From positions 64,001 through 85,756 of the IMG/VR virus record IMGVR_UViG_3300047994_000277: a DNA stretch of 21,756 nucleotides. One strand, 5' to 3'. The notes below the pieces were generated by a model that saw only the letters and a list, made by a program, of their open reading frames with translations, did no database searches and had not been told where the DNA came from. This document shows, piece after piece, positions 1 to 8,912 of the stretch. The stretch comes from a virus (taxonomy: Duplodnaviria > Heunggongvirae > Uroviricota > Caudoviricetes). Position 1 is the first letter of the stretch, and every line of letters begins with the position of its first letter. Both the position numbers and the translations under genes were made by a program.

Positions 1-2
1 GT

Positions 3-758
3 AACGGTTTCATCAATGATGGCGATAACCTGACCCTTGCAATCAAGAAGCTCGATGAGGCAATGCTTGCCCTTCTCACTTCCTTGAATGCTCCAGATTA
101 CGAAGAATACGTAACCATCGTAGCTTCCGGTGCAACTCCTCCAACTTCCTTGAATGCTCCAGTCAACTCTGGAACCTTCATTACTCTTCCAAACAACTCT
201 AGACTCGGCGCCATCGCCCAGTACTACACTGTTGGGAAAGGTGTGTTGGAAGTTTTCCTTAACGGTCAGAAGTTAGAGTTGGGCGATTCTTGGCTTGAAG
301 CCGGCGCAGCTGGCGGTCAAAGTAATCAAATTCAAATTGAAGTAGCGCTTGTCGCTCGCGACGTACTCGCCTTCCGCATCGGTGTTGGTGGCGGTGGCGG
401 CGCTGGCGGCGGCGGACAAGGCCCTCCAGGTCCTCAAGGTCCATCTGGTCCTCCAGGTGCTGATGCTGCCGGTGGTCCAATTGCCATCAGTCGTAAGACT
501 GGGAATTACACGGTCATGTTGGGAGATAACTTCCTGCTCGCCGATTGTACTTCTGGTGCGATTACCTTTACCTTACCTCCATCGTCCACCGCTACGGGTC
601 GTATTTTCTACTTCAAGAAAATCGATTCCACTGCAAACGCAATGGTCATCATGGCTAACGGTTCAGAATTAATCGATTCCTCTAACACTCAAATGTCTGT
701 CGTTCAGTTCGAGACCTTCTCGTTAGTCTGCGATGGAAGTCAGTATTGGATCTTCTAA
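3..758 (+). CDS. 5'-partial virion structural/fibre protein with Gly-rich linker, short collagen-like segment and C-terminal KTxNYT...ITxTLP fibre module
   Basis: Frame is open from base 3 (NGFINDGDNLTLAIKKLDEAM...), so the ATG at 63 is internal. Poly-Gly at 387-416, (GXY)5 at 420-464, then KTGNYTVMLGDNFLLADCTSGAITFTLP, a motif common in phage fibre proteins. Confidence 0.7.
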   Translation, partial: NGFINDGDNLTLAIKKLDEAMLALLTSLNAPDYEEYVTIVASGATPPTSLNAPVNSGTFITLPNNSRLGAIAQYYTVGKGVLEVFLNGQKLELGDSWLEAGAAGGQSNQIQIEVALVARDVLAFRIGVGGGGGAGGGGQGPPGPQGPSGPPGADAAGGPIAISRKTGNYTVMLGDNFLLADCTSGAITFTLPPSSTATGRIFYFKKIDSTANAMVIMANGSELIDSSNTQMSVVQFETFSLVCDGSQYWIF

Positions 759-1204
759 TGTCTTACTCTCCTAATTTTCGCGGCAATCAATCAAACGCCT
801 CTTCTCGCCAGCTGATCACGGATTACGTGAACGGTAGCGGCGCGGCCATTCCTCAGGGAACGCCCGTAACGGTTAACTCCATTGGTCAGATCCTTCCAGT
901 GGACGTGACCAGTGAGTCCTCGGTTAGCGGAATGGTCGGCTATGCATATGTTCGTATTCCAGCGAGTGCAAGCGGTCCAGTCATTTCGGCTGGAAGGCTT
1001 GAAAACATCATAACGGGCTTTTCTGTCGGCGACCCAATTTACATTGGCTTGTCTGGAACCCTCATTAACCAAAAACCAGATGACGGCATCGCAGGCTTTG
1101 GTCCTGGCGACTTCGTTGTTTTCGTTGGTGTTTTAGTTCAGAACGAATTTAACCCTGCTCAAACGGATTTGCAGCTATTTACCCAAGTGGTCGGTGAACT
1201 GTAA
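758..1204 (+). CDS. capsid cement/decoration-like protein (DUF2190-like beta fold), 148 aa
   Basis: ATG at 758 overlaps the upstream stop (TAATG). Pattern NGSGAAIPQGTPV...GMVGYA...SAGRL...FSVGDPIYIGLSGTL...FVGV resembles cement/decoration-type domains. Recognised by eye only. Confidence 0.5.
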   Translation: MSYSPNFRGNQSNASSRQLITDYVNGSGAAIPQGTPVTVNSIGQILPVDVTSESSVSGMVGYAYVRIPASASGPVISAGRLENIITGFSVGDPIYIGLSGTLINQKPDDGIAGFGPGDFVVFVGVLVQNEFNPAQTDLQLFTQVVGEL

Positions 1205-1419
1205 TGCCTAGAAAATCCTTTGATATCGAAAAGTTAAGTCAGCAAGAGGTGGACGCTTTGTCCGCCAAGCTTGGAGACCAAGTTAGAGCCATGTGCGATA
1301 AAACAGTCGCGCGCGCAAATAAAATCCTGAGTAAATACGGGGTTGAATGCAAACTGGCGTTTAGTATCGGTCCGAAAGGATCATTTAAGGAAAAAGAGCA
1401 ACCTAAGAGCCAATCTTAG
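1204..1419 (+). CDS. small basic hypothetical protein, 71 aa
   Basis: TAATG coupling to the upstream gene; fills the gap before the next RBS. Confidence 0.7.
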   Translation: MPRKSFDIEKLSQQEVDALSAKLGDQVRAMCDKTVARANKILSKYGVECKLAFSIGPKGSFKEKEQPKSQS

Positions 1420-1455
1420 GTTTATACGAGTATTTTAAAGAGAGAAGGATAACCC

Positions 1456-3546
1456 ATGGCAACTTATAGTAAATTTCTATCACTTATTAACGGCATTGCC
1501 CGTACAGTAGACCTGTCTACTAACATTCTGCACGTTCAAGACCTTCAGATCGGAAGCATTCTTCTGTCTTCGTCTGGATCTGGCACGGCTGGTTCGACCC
1601 TTGTGGGGGATGACAACAGCTACTCCAATTTTACGCCTACAGCTGCTACCGTTAAAGGCGCCCTTGCTGGCATCGACGCCGCACTGGGCACCGCTGCCAC
1701 GGCACTCGACGGTACGTTCAGAATTGAAAACACTTCTGACAATACCAAGAAAATTGCATTCGACGCCTCAGGCATTTCGACTTCTACGACTCGTACTCTT
1801 AAGATGCCAGATGCCAACGTCGATTTGGGCAATCTGACCAATTCGAACATTTCTGGTTCAGCAGCCGTTGCTTACAGCAAGCTGTCTCTCTCGAACAGCA
1901 TCGTTAATGCCGATATTGCTTCGGGCGCAGCCATCGCCTATAGCAAACTTGCCCTCTCTGCAAGTATCGTTAATGCTGACATCGCAGCTGGCGCAGCCAT
2001 TGCCTACAGCAAGTTGGCTTCGCTGGGTGGATCGACCAACGCCGTCCTTACGCAAGACGGTGGCGGACACGTTCAGGCTTCTGCCATCCTCTCTGGCAAC
2101 CTGTTCCTGGCTGATGGATCTGTTGCTGCAACGGCTGCATTCAACCTTAATTCTAACCAAATCAATAACGTTTCGGATCCAACGTCTGCTCAAGACGCTG
2201 CAACCAAGCATTACGTTGATAACCTCGTTGCAGGTTTGAGCTGGAAAAACTATGCTCGCGCCGCTTCCGTTGCTAACGTCTCTGTTAGCTCGGCTCCTTC
2301 TTCGATCGACGGCGTTACGCTCTCTGCTGGCGACCGCGTCCTGTTGAAAGATCAAACGGCTCCAGCTGAAAACGGCATCTACGTTTTCTCGGCAGCTGCA
2401 TCTCCTCTGACTCGCGCTACCGACATGAACACTTGGGCCGAAGTTGTCGGCGCCGTTCTGATGGTATCGGAAGGCTCGGTCAACACTGGCAGCAAATGGG
2501 TTAACACCAACGTTGCTGGCGGAACGCTTGGAACCACAGCTATTAACTTCACGGCATTCAGCGTCGCCGGAACGGTTAACGGCAGCGGTACTTCTGGTTA
2601 CGTCGCTTACTGGAACGGCACTGCAACGCTTACGGCTGAGCAGTACTTGTCCGTAACTCGCGGCGGTTTCGGTGCAGACGTTTCGGCATTTACGGGTGTT
2701 GTTAAGGCATCGTCTGGGGTGTTCAGCGCTTCTGCGATCGTCAACGCGGACATCTCTGGCTCTGCTGCAATCGCTTACAGCAAGCTGGCTCTTTCGAACA
2801 GCATCGTCAATGCAGACATTGCATCTGGCGCAGCTATCGTTTACTCGAAACTGTCTCTTGCCGGCAGCATCGTTAACGCAGATATTGCGTCGGGCGCAGC
2901 GATTGCCTACAGCAAGCTGGCCCTTTCCAACAGCATCGTTTCGGGCGACCTCACTGCAGGATCGGTTACGGCTGCTAAGCTTGGAACGGTCACCGACGGC
3001 GTTACCCTCGACCAATCTGGTTCGGGCTCAACGATTGAAATCAAGGCTGCTGGCGTTAGCGCTACGCAACTTGCTACTGGCGCATTCGACCAAGCCACGA
3101 TCGTCGGCGGTGCAGGAACTCCAGCTAGCGTTGCTTACGCTCCTAAGATCCAAACGGCAGGAATTGCAGGTCAATCCTTCTCTGCTAACGTCACTATTGC
3201 AGTGCGTTACGGCTTGCCTTCTAACGGTGAAACGGCAGGACGCTTGTACGCAGCCGATGTTTCGACTGGCTCCTTCGACCTCTTCTGGGTTGTTGGATTC
3301 ATTCAGCCAACCAGTTCGGTTTCAGCAGGTGGATCGGTTACAGTTATCAGAAGCGGCGTGATCGCACTTCTTTCTGGCGACAGCAACTTCGCGACGAACG
3401 ACTCCGGTAAGGCAGTTTGGCTGCAAGCCAGCGGCGCCTTCGGCATGACTCCTCCAAGTTCTTCGGGCAATGCCGACGCTAAACTTGCCATTGTCACAAG
3501 CACGACCACAATGGACGTGCAGATTGGTCAAGTAACGATCAACTAA
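1456..3546 (+). CDS. virion fibre protein, 696 aa, with 22-aa repeats and C-terminal cement-like domain
   Basis: RBS GAAGGA. Fibre motifs VSDPTSAQDAATKHYVD and IDGVTLSAGDRVLLKDQTAPAENGIYV. 22-aa repeats. Strong AAC/ATC/TTC/GCT codon bias. Confidence 0.8.
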   Translation: MATYSKFLSLINGIARTVDLSTNILHVQDLQIGSILLSSSGSGTAGSTLVGDDNSYSNFTPTAATVKGALAGIDAALGTAATALDGTFRIENTSDNTKKIAFDASGISTSTTRTLKMPDANVDLGNLTNSNISGSAAVAYSKLSLSNSIVNADIASGAAIAYSKLALSASIVNADIAAGAAIAYSKLASLGGSTNAVLTQDGGGHVQASAILSGNLFLADGSVAATAAFNLNSNQINNVSDPTSAQDAATKHYVDNLVAGLSWKNYARAASVANVSVSSAPSSIDGVTLSAGDRVLLKDQTAPAENGIYVFSAAASPLTRATDMNTWAEVVGAVLMVSEGSVNTGSKWVNTNVAGGTLGTTAINFTAFSVAGTVNGSGTSGYVAYWNGTATLTAEQYLSVTRGGFGADVSAFTGVVKASSGVFSASAIVNADISGSAAIAYSKLALSNSIVNADIASGAAIVYSKLSLAGSIVNADIASGAAIAYSKLALSNSIVSGDLTAGSVTAAKLGTVTDGVTLDQSGSGSTIEIKAAGVSATQLATGAFDQATIVGGAGTPASVAYAPKIQTAGIAGQSFSANVTIAVRYGLPSNGETAGRLYAADVSTGSFDLFWVVGFIQPTSSVSAGGSVTVIRSGVIALLSGDSNFATNDSGKAVWLQASGAFGMTPPSSSGNADAKLAIVTSTTTMDVQIGQVTIN
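1834..2031 (+). repeat. 3 x 66-bp (22-aa) coding repeat, consensus IVNADIASGAAIAYSKLALSNS, block 1
   Basis: Units start at 1834, 1900 and 1966. Confidence 0.9.
2737..2934 (+). repeat. 3 x 66-bp (22-aa) coding repeat, block 2, followed by a degenerate fourth unit from 2935
   Basis: Units start at 2737, 2803 and 2869; IVSGDLTAGSVTAAKL follows at 2935. Confidence 0.9.
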
Positions 3547-3556
3547 TTTTAGGGTT

Positions 3557-3586
3557 TGGGCGCCTTCGGGCGCCCACTTCCTTTTG
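3557..3586 (+). terminator. probable intrinsic terminator with C(UUCG)G tetraloop
   Basis: TGGGCGCC-TTCG-GGCGCCCA (3557-3576), an 8-bp perfect stem, followed by CTTCCTTTTG, 10 nt after the stop at 3546. Confidence 0.75.
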
Positions 3587-3596
3587 TGATATAGGT
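3581..3596 (+). promoter_or_regulatory. candidate promoter motif TGTGATATA (extended -10-like), copy 1
   Basis: CTTTTGTGATATAGGT, between the terminator and the ATG at 3601. Near-identical to the intergenic motif at 5795-5811. Confidence 0.4.
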
Positions 3597-3600
3597 AGTT

Positions 3601-4719
3601 ATGGCAAAATTTCTTAAAGTAACTGCTGGCGTACCTAGAGCGGGATTCGTGAATGGCACGGATATCGCGTCTGGTGCAGGTACGGCCACACAGTTTTTAG
3701 CTGCCGATGGATCTGGAAATTCAGCTTTCCGTTCATTGGCTTCTGGAGATTTGCCTACCATCACCTTTACTGGTAACGTTACCGGCTCGGCTTCTGGTGG
3801 TAGCATTGCTACGACTATTGCTAGCAACGTAGTTACCAACAGCATGCTTGCTCAGGCAAACGCTACTAGCGTTCTGGGTAATAGCGGCGGAAGTCCTGCT
3901 AACGTATCTTATTTGACCCTGGCCAGCGCGGCAACCGTGTCATCTGTGATGTACAGAGATACGAATGCAAACGTTCAAGTAAACTCACTTGTTAGGAATT
4001 TTACTTCAACTACCACGGCAGCTGGTACGACTACTTTAACCGTATCCAGCTCCACAATTCAGATCTTTACCGGCTCTACTACCCAAACCCTGCAGCTTCC
4101 AAACGCAACCACGTTGTCAAACGGAACTACCTACAGGGTAATTAACCAATCCACTGGCGCAGTTGCAGTTAATAACAACGGTGCCTCCCTGATCGTTTCG
4201 GTTCCAGGCGGCACTACTGCTTTTATTTTGCTGACTTCCAATGGAACAGCAAACGGTACTTGGGATTCAACCAACACGTTTGGAAGTGCAATTACGGCCT
4301 TAACGGGTGACGTTGTTGCTTCTGGACCCGGCTCGGCGTCGTCAAACATTCAAGCTAACGTGGTCAGTAATGCCAAGTTGGCCCAAATGCCAGCCAATAC
4401 CTTCAAAGGTAACAATTCTGGATCCAGCAGTAACGCAATCGATCTGACCGTCGCTCAGGCTCTAACCTTACTTGGTATAAGGGCAGGCGTTACTAGCTTA
4501 AGCAGTGGAACTACCAGTAAAGCAATTACTTTTAGTACGGCATTTGCCAGTACGGCATACGCAGTTACCGCTGTTATGTTAAATACCACTGATACTAACC
4601 CGCAATTTATTCCCGTTACCATCACTGCCCAGTCCACGGGTGGATTTACTGCTAAATGGAACCTTGCGACCGATACGGCCAATTACTCTTTGTCTTGGTA
4701 CGCTATCTTGAATAACTAA
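3601..4719 (+). CDS. virion fibre-associated protein, 372 aa, C-terminal H-type-lectin-like/gp53-like beta domain
   Basis: Ser/Thr/Gly/Ala-rich. Module at ~4003-4263 is paralogous to the N-terminus of 5826-8912. C-terminal ITFSTAF...YAV...NPQF...STGGFTAKWN module. Confidence 0.7.
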   Translation: MAKFLKVTAGVPRAGFVNGTDIASGAGTATQFLAADGSGNSAFRSLASGDLPTITFTGNVTGSASGGSIATTIASNVVTNSMLAQANATSVLGNSGGSPANVSYLTLASAATVSSVMYRDTNANVQVNSLVRNFTSTTTAAGTTTLTVSSSTIQIFTGSTTQTLQLPNATTLSNGTTYRVINQSTGAVAVNNNGASLIVSVPGGTTAFILLTSNGTANGTWDSTNTFGSAITALTGDVVASGPGSASSNIQANVVSNAKLAQMPANTFKGNNSGSSSNAIDLTVAQALTLLGIRAGVTSLSSGTTSKAITFSTAFASTAYAVTAVMLNTTDTNPQFIPVTITAQSTGGFTAKWNLATDTANYSLSWYAILNN

Positions 4720-4731
4720 GATGAGGAGCCT

Positions 4732-5787
4732 ATGTCGTTGAATAAATTAGATACACGTCAGATTGAATACAGAGCCGTTCTTCAGCAACTATTTCCATAT
4801 GTTGCCAATGAAACGCTTGACGTTCTTTTGTCGTCCATCAACGCAGAAACCACACCTCCTCTTAAGGTCGATGCAACTAACCCTGCAAGTCGCACCGTTA
4901 ACGTTGGACCAACGGTTGTTGCCAATCCTCAGTCTGGGCGTAATCACACCATTCCTTATGCCGGAAGCTCTCTTCCAAGCCTGATCAGCGGTACCTTCAC
5001 CTTCCCTTCCGCGTCTGGTGGAAACATCACAACGAGCACGGGCGGCACGTACCCTCTTACGCTCCCAAGCGGTCAATTCGTAATCGTTCTTCTGAGTCTG
5101 GATCCCCTGGCCAATCTGATCGCGACCATCGGTACGCCAGCGTCTTCTATCGGAACCCTGGTCGCCCCGGCTCCTCCTGGCGGAGATATCTCTTTTGCCT
5201 ACGTTATTCTTCAAAACGTTGGTGGAACCATCCAGAACGTTAATCAGAATGCTATTTTCCAAATGGCGACTGGCGGCAGCTCTAGCGCGGGCGGTGGAAC
5301 GGCTCAGGAAGTCTCGCTTACAAACGGGTCTCAGTCGGTTAGCGTGACGTTCCCACTTGCTCAACCCAATACGACTTATGGGCTTATCGTTCAGTTGGTC
5401 AATACGACCGATGTTAATCCACAATTCCAGACTATTTTAGTCAACTCCAAGTCCACTACGGGCTTTACTGCCGAGTGGAACTTCCCTCTGTCGTCGGGCA
5501 ACTACAAGCTTGATTACTTCTTGGTACCTCCAAGCTTGGCTACGGCTCAAATCGGGGAATTTGTCCCTACCGTGGGTACTACATCGGCAACGATCGGTTT
5601 TCCAGACGCCGGCATCACAAGTTACGTGGTCATAGCCGAATTAATGAATTTTTCAGATGTAAATCCACAATTTCAACCACTTACAGTTACTTCCAAAGCT
5701 ACAAATCAATTCGTAGTCAAATGGAATAAACCTTTGGATTCGGGCAATTACAGGATTTCGTGGCAACTAGCCTCGTATCAGAGCTAA
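4732..5787 (+). CDS. virion protein, 351 aa, two tandem H-type-lectin-like/gp53-like domains
   Basis: RBS GAGGAG. Two copies of the module VxF...YxxxxxLxNxxDVNPQFQ...KxTxxFxxxWNxPLxSGNY at ~5302-5526 and ~5548-5775. Confidence 0.7.
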   Translation: MSLNKLDTRQIEYRAVLQQLFPYVANETLDVLLSSINAETTPPLKVDATNPASRTVNVGPTVVANPQSGRNHTIPYAGSSLPSLISGTFTFPSASGGNITTSTGGTYPLTLPSGQFVIVLLSLDPLANLIATIGTPASSIGTLVAPAPPGGDISFAYVILQNVGGTIQNVNQNAIFQMATGGSSSAGGGTAQEVSLTNGSQSVSVTFPLAQPNTTYGLIVQLVNTTDVNPQFQTILVNSKSTTGFTAEWNFPLSSGNYKLDYFLVPPSLATAQIGEFVPTVGTTSATIGFPDAGITSYVVIAELMNFSDVNPQFQPLTVTSKATNQFVVKWNKPLDSGNYRISWQLASYQS

Positions 5788-5794
5788 ACGTAAT

Positions 5795-5811
5795 CTTTGT
5801 GATATATAGGT
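5795..5811 (+). promoter_or_regulatory. candidate promoter motif TGTGATATA, copy 2
   Basis: CTTTGTGATATATAGGT in the 38-nt gap upstream of the RBS (AAGGA) of the long tail fibre. Confidence 0.4.
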
Positions 5812-5825
5812 TTTAAGGATAAAAT

Positions 5826-8800
5826 ATGGCAACTTTTCAATACGGAATGTTAGTACAGGGAGTGGACAGTACAGCTACGGCTGCTGGAACTACAGCCTTA
5901 ACTTCTACTAGAAATCAAATTCAAGTTTTTACCGGATCTACGACCCAAACGGTCAAGCTGCCTGCAACGACCGGCATGACTGTTGGTCAGTTTTTCGAAA
6001 TTTATAACCAATCTACGGGCGCCCTGACGATCCAATTCCAGGATGCAAGTAGCTTCACTGCCAATCCTACGATCCAATCGGGTTCGTCGATGGTCGTTAA
6101 ACTGGTCTCGACTGGAACGACCAACGGTACTTGGGCTCTTTTGAGCGCCCCAAGTTTGATTGCGGGTTCAACTACGTTTAACAATACCGTTACTACAACA
6201 GGTATTGGTGGATTTAAAGTTAGCACGTCTAACGGCGATTTCCGTATTTCCGACGGAGCCATCGACTCGGCAACTTTTTGGGAAATCAAACAAGATAACA
6301 CTGTAGCGGCCAATGCATGGGATATGTTCTTCAATAACCACGGTGCGAACGCTGGTGGTTGGAGATTCGGTAATACTACAAATAACTCTGGCGTGGTTAC
6401 AATCGATACGAGCGGAAATATCGTATCTCGTGGGAACATCACGTCTGGTGTTTCAAGCAGCGTAACTGGAAATCTTATTGCAACAAGTTCCGCTGGGAGT
6501 AACACTTTCACGGCTACCATGGCAACGAACACTGAAGCGAGACTTATTGCTTCAGGCGCTTCTAACATGACGTTCTACACGAACTCCAATGAGAACATGA
6601 AGCTCAATTCTTCTGGTGTTCTTACGGTTGGAAGTGCTGCGCCTAGAGTTACTATCGATAAGGCTAACGGTATTCAAATTGCTGGTAACACCGGTTTCTA
6701 TTCCACAGATGGAACTGCAAATATTTATATTTCCGGAGATACCGGTGGTAGTAATGGCGGTGTTATCAATCTGTACGGTGGAACTCACCCAACAAAGCCA
6801 AATGTTATCGAATTCACTGCAGGTGGTTCGTTAAAGTATACATTTGACAAGGATGGACTCGTCCTCAACGGAACCGGTAAGGCTCTTCCTTCCGTTTCCA
6901 CTGCACAATTCTTTAATCAATCTGGAGTTGGCCCAACTGTTTCTGGGTCTACTTTTCAAGTAGCTACTGGTAGCACCCCTGCAGCGGCGATGACCATTGA
7001 TACCAGTCAAAAGACTGTATTTACAAACAGTGTCACGTCTGGTCGCTCAGGATCTCCAAGTCAAAATTTAGTTCTGAACGGTGGCGACAGCGGTGGGATT
7101 TATCTCACCGCAAACTCGGTTTCTGGAGCACCTAAGCAACTTGTCTTTCAAAGTGTCGTTGCTACCGGAGCGCCTATTTCCGGTATGGGCTTCTTATGGC
7201 AGATCGAGACTTCCGGCGGAACGAATCTCATTACGCCATTGTCAATCGACTATCTAGGCAATACTGGTGTTGGCGCAGCGGCTCCGTCCAATACAAGATT
7301 CTATACAAGCTACACCCCTTCGAATAATACGGCTTCTTGGGGCGTTCAGATGGATTACGCCCCTGTTGCAACCACAACCGGCTCTTACCAGTGGCTTAGC
7401 TTGGCAGTCAACAGTAACAGCGCACCTCAGATCAATACCGGTGTAACCAACAGCGCAGGTAACGGTTGGACTGGTATTTACCTTACCCAGCTGAGATATC
7501 TAAATGCTGACGTGGGTACTCTCACTAACCTATATGGCATGCAACTCCCATATGGTCACTACAATACGCTTGGCACAGGTGCTATTACTTCTAATGCATA
7601 CGGCATTTACTTGCAACCGCATTGGGAAAAATCAACTGTAAATACTGCATATAGTTTGTACATTGCTAACGCCGCAACCGGTGGAACGGGTCCTACGTCT
7701 GGTAACTACTACGGCATTTATCAGCAAGATGTGGGCGCGTGGAATTTCTTTGCCGGAAATACGGGTATCGGCGGTTCACCGCAGCCTAACTGGCAGCTCT
7801 TTGTTTCTGGTTCAAGCCTGAGCGGTTCAACTACCGAAGTCGGTATTGGTTACGGCGGCACATTTAATTCCAACACATCGGGCGGGGAGGCGCAATGCTT
7901 TAGATCTTCTCCTGTCACTCAAGCTGCATCGTTTACGATGGCAGATTTGGCCCATTTTTACACGCAGAACGTTAGCATTGGTGCGGGAAGTGTAGTCACT
8001 CGTCAAACCGGCTTGTTGTTTGCGAATGCGCTGTCGGCTGCAACTAACAATGCTTATATCGCTGATAATATTTCGTACTCTGGCAACTGGTTCATTAACT
8101 ATTCTGGAACCAATCCTAGTTACATCGGCGGTAACCTGGGTATCGCGCAAAGCGCCCCTTCCACGAACGGTGCGACTAACGCTAGAAACTTGGTTATCGG
8201 CGACTCTTCGGTCACTGCTAACACGGGTATCACCCTTCTTACGAACGGTGGTGGATCTCCTGGCGTAAGCAGCATCTACTTCTCTAGAGCAAACAGCGGT
8301 ACTACCGGTGGTTCGATCATCTACACCCATGCCGGTGCAGAAAACATGGCCTTTGGTATCAGCGGTACTAGCTACCTGTCTATGTCAACTGCTGCAGTTA
8401 CGGTTTCTGGCCGATTGGTCGCAACCTTCAGCACGACTTCTGGTTATGTGTTTAAGGTCAACAACACTGACACGACCACAGGCAGTGACGCCGACCCAGC
8501 AATGTTGGTCTCCAAAGGATCTACCACAAATACCGCTGGTACGAACAGATTTATCGAGTTCAATACCAACAACGGTAGTACGGGATCTGGTTACATCACG
8601 TCCAACGGCGCTAACTCTGCAACCTTCACCAACTCTTCTGACGAAAGACTGAAAGAGAATATTGTTGATCTGTCTCCTCAGCTCGACAACATCATGGCTC
8701 TGAAACCAAGAGAGTTCGACTATAAAGACGGCTCTGGTCATCAGATCGGCTTCATTGCTCAAGAAATGCAAGAAGTTTATCCAGACGTTGTTTGCGAAGG

Positions 8801-8912
8801 TCCAGACGGAATGCTCAACGTTGCTGGTTGGTCCAAGACCGAGTCTCGTTTGGTTAAAGCCCTTCAGGAACTTAAAGCTCAGTTTGACGCTTACGTTGCT
8901 TCTCACCCTTAA
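5826..8912 (+). CDS. long tail fibre / receptor-binding protein, 1028 aa, with C-terminal Peptidase S74 intramolecular chaperone
   Basis: SSDERLKENI...LKPREFDYK...IGFIAQEMQEVYPDVV from 8637 is the S74 autocleavage signature. Repeated GNTGVG/GNTGIG/GNLGI knots and YGIY-type repeats. Confidence 0.9.
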   Translation: MATFQYGMLVQGVDSTATAAGTTALTSTRNQIQVFTGSTTQTVKLPATTGMTVGQFFEIYNQSTGALTIQFQDASSFTANPTIQSGSSMVVKLVSTGTTNGTWALLSAPSLIAGSTTFNNTVTTTGIGGFKVSTSNGDFRISDGAIDSATFWEIKQDNTVAANAWDMFFNNHGANAGGWRFGNTTNNSGVVTIDTSGNIVSRGNITSGVSSSVTGNLIATSSAGSNTFTATMATNTEARLIASGASNMTFYTNSNENMKLNSSGVLTVGSAAPRVTIDKANGIQIAGNTGFYSTDGTANIYISGDTGGSNGGVINLYGGTHPTKPNVIEFTAGGSLKYTFDKDGLVLNGTGKALPSVSTAQFFNQSGVGPTVSGSTFQVATGSTPAAAMTIDTSQKTVFTNSVTSGRSGSPSQNLVLNGGDSGGIYLTANSVSGAPKQLVFQSVVATGAPISGMGFLWQIETSGGTNLITPLSIDYLGNTGVGAAAPSNTRFYTSYTPSNNTASWGVQMDYAPVATTTGSYQWLSLAVNSNSAPQINTGVTNSAGNGWTGIYLTQLRYLNADVGTLTNLYGMQLPYGHYNTLGTGAITSNAYGIYLQPHWEKSTVNTAYSLYIANAATGGTGPTSGNYYGIYQQDVGAWNFFAGNTGIGGSPQPNWQLFVSGSSLSGSTTEVGIGYGGTFNSNTSGGEAQCFRSSPVTQAASFTMADLAHFYTQNVSIGAGSVVTRQTGLLFANALSAATNNAYIADNISYSGNWFINYSGTNPSYIGGNLGIAQSAPSTNGATNARNLVIGDSSVTANTGITLLTNGGGSPGVSSIYFSRANSGTTGGSIIYTHAGAENMAFGISGTSYLSMSTAAVTVSGRLVATFSTTSGYVFKVNNTDTTTGSDADPAMLVSKGSTTNTAGTNRFIEFNTNNGSTGSGYITSNGANSATFTNSSDERLKENIVDLSPQLDNIMALKPREFDYKDGSGHQIGFIAQEMQEVYPDVVCEGPDGMLNVAGWSKTESRLVKALQELKAQFDAYVASHP

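Noticed and set aside
746-757. Track start at 746 (MDLL)
   Set aside because: ATG 758 overlaps the upstream TAA (TAATG), the same coupling seen at 1204.
1858-3015. 385-aa antisense ORF, and similar shadows at 4789-5424, 6002-6568, 7827-8330, 8385-9062, 12280-12864, 13621-14214 and 20806-21429
   Set aside because: They lie opposite well-supported genes. Strong codon bias leaves the reverse frame stop-poor; they have no RBS and no recognisable motifs.
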